This document shows positions 9,242 to 16,596 of a DNA stretch of 64,000 nt, in pieces (within the stretch, counting starts at the first letter, position 1; every line of letters begins with the position of its first letter). Position numbers and translations under genes: made by a program. The notes beneath the pieces were generated by a model. It worked only from the letters and a program-made list of their open reading frames with translations, did no database searches and had not been told where the DNA came from. This DNA is from Verrucomicrobiota bacterium (GTDB lineage: Bacteria; Verrucomicrobiota; Verrucomicrobiia; Limisphaerales; UBA9464). The stretch covers positions 7,749 through 71,748 of the forward strand of contig JANYDN010000177.1 in NCBI GenBank assembly GCA_025363585.1. Direction: 5' to 3'.

Positions 9242-10396
9242 TTGAAGGCGTCCCGCAAGGTCGCGCTGTTGATCGAGACGTCGAACGCCTACGCGCGCGG
9301 CCTTCTCCAGGGCATCATCGCGTACCTGCACGAGAACCAACCGTGGTCGTTGTACCTCGCCGAGCACGGTCGGGGCGACCGGCCGCCCGGTTGGCTCGCG
9401 TCGTGGGACGGCGACGGGATCCTGGCGCGGATCGAGACGCCGGCGATGGCGCGGGCGTTGAAGAAGGTGCGGGTGCCGATCGTGGACGTGAGCGCGGGAC
9501 GGTTGTTGCCGGACCTGCCGTGGTTCGAGACCGACGACGCGGCGATCGCGGTGCTGGCGGTCGAACACCTGTTGGAACGGGGTTTCAAGCAGTTGGCGTT
9601 TTGCGGCGACCCGCGGTTCAACTGGTCGAATTGGCGCGGGGAAAATTTCGCGCGGATCGCGGCGGAGGCGGGAGTGCCGTGCCACGTGTACCAGCCGTCG
9701 AAGCGGTTCCCGCGCGACCACACGGGGCAGGTGGAGGACATCGCGCTGTGGCTGAAGGCGCTGCCGAAACCGGTGGGCGTGATGGCCTGCTACGATTTCC
9801 GCGGCCAACAGGTGCTGGACGCGTGCCGCGCGCACGGGTTGCACGTGCCCGACGAGGTCGCGGTCATCGGCGTCGACAACGACGAGGTGCTGTGCGAGCT
9901 GTCGAACCCGCCGCTCTCGAGCGTGATTCCCAACGCGCACCGCACGGGCTACGACGCGGCGGCGTTGCTGGCCTCGATCATGTCCGGCGCGAAGCCGGCG
10001 AACCTGGTGAACCTCGTCCCGCCGATCGGCGTCGCGACGCGGCAGAGCACGGACGTGATGGCGATCGACGACGTGTTGATCGTGCGGACGGTGCGTTACA
10101 TCCGGGAGAACGCGTGCCTGGGGATCAACGTGCAGGACGTGCTGGACGCGGTGCCGCAGTCGCGGCGCCGGCTGGAGAACCGGTTCCGGAAGCTGCTGGG
10201 CCGGACGCCGCACGAGGAGATCATCCGGGTGCAGTTGAACCGGGTGAAGCGGTTGTTGGGGGAGACGGATTTGTCGTTGGCGGAAATCGCGGAGCGCGCG
10301 GGATTCGAGCACGTGGAATACCTGAGCGTGGTGTTCAAGAAGGAGATCGGGAAGCCGCCGAGCCAATACCGGCATGAGAACCGAAGGAAGGCGTAG
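9242..10396 (+). CDS. XylR-like transcriptional regulator (periplasmic-binding-protein-like sensor domain + AraC-type HTH)
   Basis: TTG start. N-terminal LacI/PBP-like fold (KVALLIETSNAYARGLLQGI..., VAVIGVDNDEVLCELSNPPLSSV). C-terminal AraC HTH (LSLAEIAERAGFEHVEYLSVVFKKEIGKPPSQYR). Sits 13 nt after the oxidoreductase gene. Confidence 0.8.
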   Translation: MKASRKVALLIETSNAYARGLLQGIIAYLHENQPWSLYLAEHGRGDRPPGWLASWDGDGILARIETPAMARALKKVRVPIVDVSAGRLLPDLPWFETDDAAIAVLAVEHLLERGFKQLAFCGDPRFNWSNWRGENFARIAAEAGVPCHVYQPSKRFPRDHTGQVEDIALWLKALPKPVGVMACYDFRGQQVLDACRAHGLHVPDEVAVIGVDNDEVLCELSNPPLSSVIPNAHRTGYDAAALLASIMSGAKPANLVNLVPPIGVATRQSTDVMAIDDVLIVRTVRYIRENACLGINVQDVLDAVPQSRRRLENRFRKLLGRTPHEEIIRVQLNRVKRLLGETDLSLAEIAERAGFEHVEYLSVVFKKEIGKPPSQYRHENRRKA

Positions 10397-10408
10397 CGGC
10401 GGGCGTGG

Positions 10409-10783
10409 CCACCGTCGTGAGACGGTGGAGCGGGAGAAGCTTGGCCACATCGGGTCGCGCCGATCCACCGCGTTACCGCGGCGGCCACGAGGCGAAGCGT
10501 TCCGGGCGGTCGGGAGGCGTGGCCGCCGTCGTGAGACGGTGGAGCGAGACCCGTCGGCCGCGCGAAGCGTCCCGCCGTCGCGGGATGCGGCGGGAAGGAG
10601 CGCATCCTTCGTCCGGCAGGAGCCGGACTACGGCGGCCATGGGAGCGACGCCACGCCGCTTTCCTCGCTGCGTGTCTCCGAAGCATGCCGTCAGAGCCCG
10701 ACGCAGGCGAGACGCCCGCGACTACCGCAGGCGAGGACGCCCGCGCTACGGTGCGTGTCGTGGCCGCCGTCGTGAGACGGTGG
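10409..10783 (+). repeat. Three direct copies of the CCRCCGTC-GTGA-GACGGTGG hairpin upstream of tRNA-Pro
   Basis: Copies at 10409-10428, 10523-10542 and 10764-10783, each within CGTGGCCRCCGTCGTGAGACGGTGGAGCG. Confidence 0.9.
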
Positions 10784-10876
10784 AGCGGGGTGAAGGCGAG
10801 ACAACCGCAGCGGAACCCACGCCCCAAAAATCGCGGTTGCGGGCGCGAAAGAAGCGGGGCTAGCTTCGGGCCAGTT

Positions 10877-10953
10877 CGGGACGTAGCTCAGCCCGGTAGA
10901 GCACTTGGTTTGGGGCCAAGACGTCGCAGGTTCAAATCCTGTCGTCCCGACCA
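10877..10953 (+). tRNA. tRNA-Pro (anticodon UGG), CCA encoded
   Basis: 77-nt cloverleaf folded by hand. Acceptor CGGGACG/CGTCCCG; D arm GCTC-AGCCCGGTA-GAGC; anticodon arm CTTGG-TTTGGGG-CCAAG (TGG at positions 34-36); variable ACGTC; T arm GCAGG-TTCAAAT-CCTGT; discriminator A + CCA. Confidence 0.93.
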
Positions 10954-11129
10954 CTCCCTTTGTCAGTTGACGGTCAGAAAGGCCGAACGGACATTTAATC
11001 TGTCAAAACGACGGTTTCCCCAAACCAACTTTCTCAGTTCACCGGCGTAGCTCCTCCTCCCCCAGCCGTCCTCACGCCTCGAACGCGCCGCCAAATCCTG
11101 CACCTCAACCTCCAGAATTTGATTCGGCC

Positions 11130-11170
11130 AAAAAAAGAACCCCGGGCATGACCCCTCGGGGTTTTCTTTT
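11130..11170. terminator. Bidirectional intrinsic terminator
   Basis: A-run (11130-11136), stem AACCCCG (11138-11144) / CGGGGTT (11157-11163), then TTTTCTTTT. Reads as hairpin + U-tract on both strands. Confidence 0.6.
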
Positions 11171-11405
11171 CAGGCCGTATACAGAATCGTCAGACCATTC
11201 CCTGCTATTTCGTCACCACCGGAAACTGCGCCAGAACCTGCCGCAGGTGGGGTCCGTCAATCGCCTCCAGCTCACGCCAACGTAGTAACGAGATACGGGC
11301 CGACATCCGCATGTTGTGTGAGACGCACACTCGGTGTCGGACGGGCGGACGCAAAAGGCTCGTTGCATGCCACCCCCCACCGCCGCATTGTAGGCCCACT
11401 TCGGT

Positions 11406-11579
11406 ATGCCTGCCGCCACCGTCCAAAAGCGTTTGAAGCCGCAAACTCCTGAACAGGAGCTTCAGGATTTCCGTGCCGCTGCGCGACGCATCCTGAGCAA
11501 CAAGACGAGAATGCTGCAGCTTCTGCGCGCTACCGGCCTTCACGACGCCCGCGGCCGCCTGAAGCCCGAGTTCCGATGA
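11406..11579 (+). CDS. Small hypothetical protein (57 aa), upstream partner of the 194-aa ORF
   Basis: Below the track size cut-off. Manual translation: MPAATVQKRLKPQTPEQELQDFRAAARRILSNKTRMLQLLRATGLHDARGRLKPEFR. Its TGA (11577-11579) overlaps the ATG (11576-11578) of the next ORF (ATGA coupling). Confidence 0.5.
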   Translation: MPAATVQKRLKPQTPEQELQDFRAAARRILSNKTRMLQLLRATGLHDARGRLKPEFR

Positions 11580-12160
11580 CGCTTTCGCGGAACCTGGTAC
11601 TTGGGTACCACGGCTGCGATCGATCCGTTGCAGATGGCCTCGTGGATGGGTCCGTACCACCGGACCCAGGTAAAAAGCGGCACCACTGGCTTGGGCCAGG
11701 CATCTACTTTTGGGAGGAAAGCCCTTCCCGAGCACTGCGGTGGGCCGAAGACAGCAAAGAGGACGGGCGAATCACACAGCCGGCAGTCGTCGGAGCAGTC
11801 ATCAACATGGGCAACTGCCTCAACCTCATCGAGGCTGCCCACGTCGACCTGGTGACCGAAGCCCACCAAACCTACACGGAGATATGCAAGGCCACCTCTG
11901 TCACGATGGCGGAGAACAAAGGCCCCTTGCTGGAGCGTCGGTTCCTCGACCACGCTGTCTTCCAAACACTCCACGACGTTCGGGGGGAACAGAAACAATC
12001 TGCCTTCGACACAATCCGGGCCTTCTTCATCGAGGGCACCGCCATCTACCCCACCGCGGGCATCCGTTCTCTGGACCACATCCAAATCTGCGTCACCAAC
12101 CCCAGTCAGATCCTCGGCTTTTTCCACGTCCACGACCCGAACGCCGCGGCATTCCGCTGA
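11576..12160 (+). CDS. Hypothetical protein with an H-Y-E ADP-ribosyltransferase-like / DUF3990-like motif pattern
   Basis: 194 aa. Contains LGYHGC (H12), WLGPGIYFWEESPSRALRWA (Y44), FFIEGTAIY (E153) and LDHIQICVTNPSQILGF. Composition is protein-like and lower in GC than the flanks. The family assignment is from memory and is not searched. Confidence 0.6.
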   Translation: MTLSRNLVLGYHGCDRSVADGLVDGSVPPDPGKKRHHWLGPGIYFWEESPSRALRWAEDSKEDGRITQPAVVGAVINMGNCLNLIEAAHVDLVTEAHQTYTEICKATSVTMAENKGPLLERRFLDHAVFQTLHDVRGEQKQSAFDTIRAFFIEGTAIYPTAGIRSLDHIQICVTNPSQILGFFHVHDPNAAAFR

Positions 12161-12180
12161 GGCTGCAGCTTACGCAGTAG

Positions 12181-12197
12181 TTGTGTAACATACACAA
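12181..12197. promoter_or_regulatory. Palindrome TTGTGTA-ACA-TACACAA upstream of vapB (candidate operator)
   Basis: Perfect 7-bp inverted repeat seen directly, about 110 nt upstream of the vapB ATG in an AT-richer stretch. Confidence 0.3.
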
Positions 12198-12308
12198 CAC
12201 ACATCCGATCCACTCCAGGTGCAGAGGAGGAGATGCGGGAGAGTGGGCACTTCCTCACACACCCCAGCCACCTTGATTTGGGCCAATCGGTGGGCTAATC
12301 CCACGCAC

Positions 12309-12545
12309 ATGCCTACATGCACCACCGATTCCAAGGGGAGGGTTAGTCTGGGGAAACGGGCGGCACCTGGTGACGTCTGGCAGGTGATCGAGCGGGCACC
12401 CGACCGGATCGAGCTGGTCCGCCTGGCTCCCAAGGCCCGTGTGCCGCGTCGATCGCTGATCGAGTACGGCCGCCTGCTTCACGAACAAGGATTCGTGATG
12501 CCTCCACCCGACGAATCCCCCGTCAGCAACGAACCCCTCGGGTGA
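12309..12545 (+). CDS. vapB: AbrB/SpoVT-fold antitoxin (VapB-like)
   Basis: MPTCTTDSKGRVSLGKRAAPGDVWQVIERAPDRIELVRL matches the swapped-hairpin AbrB-type antitoxin pattern. Its stop forms GTGA with the remnant vapC start. Confidence 0.6.
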   Translation: MPTCTTDSKGRVSLGKRAAPGDVWQVIERAPDRIELVRLAPKARVPRRSLIEYGRLLHEQGFVMPPPDESPVSNEPLG

Positions 12546-12734
12546 CTTCCTCCTGGATACAAACGTCGTCTCCGAGGTCATCAAGGCGTCGCCGGATCGT
12601 GCCGTGCTTGGGTGGCTGACGTCCCACATGCCGGCGTTCCGGTGGTGACGCGCAACGTCCGCCATTTCCCCGGCATCACCGTGATCAACCCATGGGACGA
12701 AAAAGCCCCCGGGAAACGCTCCCAGGTGGCCTAG
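12542..12734 (+). pseudogene. vapC: PIN-domain toxin VapC, degraded (frameshift near start + internal deletion)
   Basis: Frame 1 reads FLLDTNVVSEVIKASPDRAVLGWLTSH, then a stop at 12646-12648 (PIN N-terminus). Another frame reads TRNVRHFPGITVINPWDE, then a stop at 12732-12734 (PIN C-terminus). About 70 central codons are missing, and the GTG at 12542 is out of frame with FLLDTN. Confidence 0.7.
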
Positions 12735-12897
12735 TCGGCGTCGGAAGGCTTCAGTCCTTCGAGGCGCCAGGCATGTTTGAAACGGTTGTTGGCGTTCAAC
12801 CCGGCTTCTCGGATACTGGGGCACCTCCTTCGCCTCAGTACGGACGGATGGAAACCACCACCGGGTAAAATGGAGGCTCCCGTGGCATCCCCCGCCA

Positions 12898-13341
12898 ATG
12901 AAAGAAGCCGCCGCCCGCATCAAGATCAACGAACTGCTCCAGGCAGCAGGCTGGCGCTTTTTCGACGGTCCCGCCGGTCCCACGAACATCCGTCTCGAGC
13001 CTTCTGTCCGCCTCAAGAACGAGGCTGAACTGGAGAACCTCGGAGCCAACTTCGAGAAGGCCAGCAAGGGCTTCGTTGACTTCCTTCTCCTCAACGAAAA
13101 GGGCTTTCCGCTCGTCGTTCTCGAGGCGAAAGCCGAGGATAAAAACCCCCTGAACGGCAAGGAACAGGCCCGCAAATACGCCCGGAGCCTCAATTGCCGT
13201 TTCGTCATCCTTTCCAACGGCAACGTCCATTACTTCTGGGATCTCGAACGCGGCTTATTTCCCGTCGCCAGCACATGGCGCAATGCGGATCCCAACCCGG
13301 AAAAGCGAAAGCTTGGGTCGACGTATTTCCCGATCACGTAG
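12898..13341 (+). pseudogene. HsdR_N-type PD-(D/E)xK nuclease domain (N-terminus of a type I/III restriction helicase subunit), apparently truncated
   Basis: KEAAARIKINELLQAAGWRF..., KGFVDFLLLNEKGFPLVVLEAKAEDKNPLNGKEQARKYARSLNCRFVILSNGNVHYFWD is the HsdR N-terminal pattern (D...EAK). No helicase motifs follow. The tail after about aa 117 is unrelated and overlaps the convergent gene at 13230-13341. Confidence 0.5.
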
Positions 13342-13508
13342 AACGCGAAGTAATACGCGCGGCAGAAAGACCAGGCCGCCAACGCGAGCAACATTGCGAT
13401 CCACGCGCGCGGTTCCTCGAACAGGATCAAGCCCGAGGACATCAGGCCGAGCACCAGAAACAGCACGGCCTTGGCATTCATCCAGCGGACATCGGTGAGA
13501 TCGCGCAT
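13230..13508 (-). CDS. Small two-TM membrane protein (hypothetical)
   Basis: From MRDLTDVRWMNAKAVLFLVLGLMSSGLILFEEPRAWIAMLLALAAWSFCRAYYFAFYVIGKYVDPSFRFSGL: two clear hydrophobic helices. The track extension to 13661 is S/R-rich. Confidence 0.5.
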   Translation of the reverse strand: MRDLTDVRWMNAKAVLFLVLGLMSSGLILFEEPRAWIAMLLALAAWSFCRAYYFAFYVIGKYVDPSFRFSGLGSALRHVLATGNKPRSRSQK

Positions 13509-13557
13509 GCCCGTCTGGACCGCGGCGCCGGCGGAACGTGCCGCGTGGAACCCGGTT

Positions 13558-13785
13558 TCACGCCTTTGCGGGCGCGTTCGTTCGCTTGCCGAAGCCCAGG
13601 ATGCGCGCCGGGAGGAACAGCAGCGCCTCGAGGAACGCGAGGATCGCGCGCACGACGACACCGAAGATCTTGAAGGGGATCGACAGCAGCCAGAGGAATG
13701 GGAGCAGCACCAAGGCCAGCAACGCGAACGGCCAGCAAACGAGGAAGAGCAGGCACCACAGCGGGATCGCCACCAGCAGTTTCAT
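13558..13785 (-). CDS. Small membrane protein (hypothetical)
   Basis: From MKLLVAIPLWCLLFLVCWPFALLALVLLPFLWLLSIPFKIFGVVVRAILAFLEALLFLPARILGF, which is strongly hydrophobic. Confidence 0.45.
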   Translation of the reverse strand: MKLLVAIPLWCLLFLVCWPFALLALVLLPFLWLLSIPFKIFGVVVRAILAFLEALLFLPARILGFGKRTNAPAKA

Positions 13786-13902
13786 ACGATGGATAGGTCG
13801 TACCCGTTGCCCCGGTGCGTCAACACCAAGGTCGCGGGTTGTTTTCACGACAACACCCCGTCGAACAAGAAAGTTTCAGTGTGCCCGACCAAGGGAACGG
13901 AG

Positions 13903-14499
13903 ATGACGGCGATCCAGTCGGGACGCATGTTCACCGGCTCCGAAGATGTTTCCGAAGATGTTCCGGGACCGGCCGGCAACGATCTCGAGCCCGGGCTTCC
14001 CATGATCGAATTGATACCCATCGATGCCGAATTGGCCCAAACGCTCGCCGACGGCGCGGCGGGTTTCGAGGCGCGCCATCGCGTGGTCCTCGGGAACGTC
14101 CACGGATCGCTCCATGACATCGTTCGGCAGACGCTCGACCACGAACGCCGCGTTCCCCGACCCCCGCCTTGGGTTGGCCAGATCGCGGTGGACCACGCGC
14201 GAAGGGTCGTCGGCGCGGGAGGGTTTTCGAACAACCCGGCGGCGGACGGCATGGCGGAAATCGCCTACCACACCTTCCCTGCTTTCGAGCGACGCGGCCA
14301 CGGGACGGCGATCGCGATCGCCCTGGTGCGTCTCGTGCGCGACGCGGGATCCGTCCCGTGGGTGATCGCGCACACGCTTCCCGTGGACGGTGCGTCCCCA
14401 CGGATACTCGCGCGGGTCGGGTTTCGGAACGAGGGCGAGATCACGCATCCCGAGGACGGACGGGTGTGGCGATGGAGCCTGCGCGTCGACGGGCTCTAG
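13903..14499 (+). CDS. GNAT family N-acetyltransferase
   Basis: AEIAYHTFPAFERRGHGTAIAIALVRLV (R-x-x-G-x-G/A acetyl-CoA motif). GGAG lies 4 nt upstream of the ATG at 13903 (alternative start 14002, MIELIP). The upstream part of track ORF 13471..14499 is E/R/Q-rich junk. Confidence 0.7.
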   Translation: MTAIQSGRMFTGSEDVSEDVPGPAGNDLEPGLPMIELIPIDAELAQTLADGAAGFEARHRVVLGNVHGSLHDIVRQTLDHERRVPRPPPWVGQIAVDHARRVVGAGGFSNNPAADGMAEIAYHTFPAFERRGHGTAIAIALVRLVRDAGSVPWVIAHTLPVDGASPRILARVGFRNEGEITHPEDGRVWRWSLRVDGL

Positions 14500-14522
14500 G
14501 CCGGAACCATGCGGTAGCGGCT

Positions 14523-14684
14523 GAGGAATTATCTCACGCCAAGGGGGACCAAGGCCGGCCAAGGCTTCATTCGAGTGGATTGGGACGCGTTCACCGAAAC
14601 CCACCGTTCGGTGAAACGACACCGCGGCGGTCGTTGCCCCCTTGGATGGCCTTGGTCCGGCTTGGCGTGAAATATTTCCCCTGC
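14523..14684. repeat. MITE-like head+hairpin element (CACGCCAAGG family), copy 1
   Basis: Left end GAGGAATTATCTCACGCCAAGGGGGACCAAGGCCGGCCAAGG. The right end is its imperfect reverse complement (CCTTGGATGGCCTTGGTCCGGCTTGGCGTGAAATATTTCCCC). The core arms 14534-14564 / 14640-14670 match at about 27 of 31 positions. Nested inner hairpin TTCACCGAA...TTCGGTGAA (14590-14615). Confidence 0.85.
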
Positions 14685-14745
14685 CGCGACTGCTGGGTTC
14701 CGGCTAAGCGGTGGACAGGCCCGCGGCGACGGCCGAGCCTCGGGC

Positions 14746-15354
14746 ATGCGCCTGGATCCCGGGACACTGTCGGTCCGCGATTTCTACCGTTGGATGATCC
14801 ACACGGTGGTGCCGCGGCCCATCGCGTGGGTGTCGACGCTCGACGCGTCGGGCGTGCCGAACCTCGCGCCCTTCAGCTTTTTCGCGCCGGTGGGCGCGAA
14901 TCCGCCGACGCTGATGTTTTGCCCGGCGAACGATCGCTTCGGTCGCCCGAAAGACACGCTGGCGAACATCGAGGCGACGGGGGAATTCGTGGTGAACCTC
15001 GTCCCGTTCGCGTTGGCGGAAAAGATGAACGCGACCTCGGCGACGTTGCCGCGCGGCGAGAGCGAGTTCGCGCGGTTCGACGTCGCTTCGGAGGCGTCGG
15101 CGGTCGTGAAACCGGCCCGGGTGAAGGGCGTGCCGATCGCCTACGAATGCCGGCTCGACCGGGTGATCCGTTTTGCCGAGGGACCCGCGGCGGCGAACGC
15201 CGTGTTCGGGCGGATCGTGTCGCTGCATGTCGACGACGCCACGATCGGTCCGGACGCTTGGCCGGGGATCGCGGCGATGGATCTGGTGGCGCGGGCCGGC
15301 GGCGAATTCTACATGCGGTCGGGCGAGGTGTTCGCGATGGAGCGGCCGGAGTGA
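14746..15354 (+). CDS. Flavin reductase-like FMN-binding domain protein
   Basis: FYRWMIHTVVPRPIAWVSTLDASGVPNLAPFSFFAPVGANPPTLMF is the classic flavin-reductase-like domain N-terminal pattern. Confidence 0.8.
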   Translation: MRLDPGTLSVRDFYRWMIHTVVPRPIAWVSTLDASGVPNLAPFSFFAPVGANPPTLMFCPANDRFGRPKDTLANIEATGEFVVNLVPFALAEKMNATSATLPRGESEFARFDVASEASAVVKPARVKGVPIAYECRLDRVIRFAEGPAAANAVFGRIVSLHVDDATIGPDAWPGIAAMDLVARAGGEFYMRSGEVFAMERPE

Positions 15355-15470
15355 AACGAGCGGGTGCGGATGTTGGGAAGGTGGTGGAGAGCTGGCTTGG
15401 TCCGCTCTCTCACGAGGGCTGCCACGTCGGCACGCTTTCCAAGCGGCGTCGCCCCGGACAATCTCCGCGC

Positions 15471-16346
15471 ATGAATCCGGTTCCACGACGCGCCTTCATT
15501 GCATCGGGTGCCCTCGCGGCGACCGCCATCGCGACCTCCGCCAACGCGGCCGAGGCGATGCCTTCGGCGGCGTTGCACGGACGCATCCGGCACAGCGTCT
15601 GTCATTGGTGCTTCAATCCGATGCCGCTCGAGGAATTGGCGTTGGCGGCGAAGGCGATGGGACTGGGCTCGGTGGAATTGGTGGCGCCGGAAAACTTCCC
15701 GGTCCTTCGCCGGCACGGACTCACCTGCGCGATCTTCGGACGGCATAGTTTCGACAAGGGTTTCGCGCACGTGGAGGAGCACGACGGGTGCGTGGAGGCC
15801 TGCACGCGGGCGCTGGACGAAGCGGCGGCGTTTGGGTCGCCCAACGTGATCACGTTCTCCGGATTCCGCCGTGGCCTCGACCGCGAGACCGGCAGGCGCA
15901 ACATGATCGACGGCTTGAAGAAGGTCGCCGCGCACGCCGAGAAGCGGGGCGTGAACCTTTGCCTGGAGATGCTGAACTCCCGCGTGCCCACGTCGATGAA
16001 GGGGCATCCCGATTATTTCTGCGACGACATCGACCTGAGCGTGGACATCGTGAAGTCGGTGGGGAGCGAGCGGGTGAAGGTGTTGTTCGACGTGTACCAC
16101 GTGCAGATCATGCACGGCGACGTGATCGCGCGGATCCGAGCGCACGCGCCGTGGATCGGTCACGTGCACACGGCGGGCGTGCCGGGACGCAACGATCTCG
16201 ACGACGCGCAGGAGATCAATTACCCGCCGATCATGCGGGCGTTGCTGGAGGCGGGATACAAGGGGCACGTCGGGCACGAGTTCATCCCGCGGGGACCGGA
16301 CAAGATCGCGGCCCTGCGGCAGGCGGTCGCGGTGTGCGATGTCTGA
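15471..16346 (+). CDS. Xylose-isomerase-like TIM-barrel sugar phosphate isomerase/epimerase (hydroxypyruvate-isomerase-like), Tat signal
   Basis: MNPVPRRAFIASGALAATAIATSANA (twin-arginine), then GLGSVELV..., NVITFSG, GVNLCLEMLN, FDVYHVQIMHGD, IGHVHTAGVPGRNDLDD. Only the last 292 codons of track ORF 14169..16346 are protein-like. Confidence 0.8.
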   Translation: MNPVPRRAFIASGALAATAIATSANAAEAMPSAALHGRIRHSVCHWCFNPMPLEELALAAKAMGLGSVELVAPENFPVLRRHGLTCAIFGRHSFDKGFAHVEEHDGCVEACTRALDEAAAFGSPNVITFSGFRRGLDRETGRRNMIDGLKKVAAHAEKRGVNLCLEMLNSRVPTSMKGHPDYFCDDIDLSVDIVKSVGSERVKVLFDVYHVQIMHGDVIARIRAHAPWIGHVHTAGVPGRNDLDDAQEINYPPIMRALLEAGYKGHVGHEFIPRGPDKIAALRQAVAVCDV

Positions 16347-16596
16347 GCCGGGAACGATGCATTCGGCAAGGGGGAATTTCTCACGCCAAGGGGAGGAAGG
16401 CCGACAATAAGCACGGCACTTGGGTTGGGATCCAAATAACGGATCCGAAGCAGGGCACGGGCGGGGACGCCCGTGTTTTGCGCAGGCGGGGACGCCCGCT
16501 CTACGTCGTGGACTGCCCACGGAAAACTGATTACTGACTACTGAAGTGGGTGAAATGATACCCGTCGGGATAGCGCTCCCTAGCCGGATCCAGCCA

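Noticed and set aside
10954-11405. Integrase or att-site evidence for the tRNA-Pro islet.
   Set aside because: No tyrosine- or serine-recombinase motifs appear in any frame, and I could not find by eye a convincing direct repeat of the tRNA 3-prime end near 13200-13300. The islet is therefore reported as a remnant rather than as a mobile element.
11205-11735. 176-aa minus-strand ORF in the islet that ends just before the bidirectional terminator.
   Set aside because: It overlaps the better-supported plus-strand 57-aa/194-aa pair, and most of its translation is G/R/S-rich and unprotein-like. Only the last ~35 codons (MRMSARISLLRWRELEAIDGPHLRQVLAQFPVVTK) are free of overlap. That may be a remnant but cannot be supported as a gene.
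13471-13902. Upstream 144 codons of track ORF 13471..14499 as part of the GNAT protein.
   Set aside because: The translation is E/R/Q/D-rich and antisense to two hydrophobic small membrane ORFs. The GNAT homology begins after the ATG at 13903, which has a GGAG upstream.
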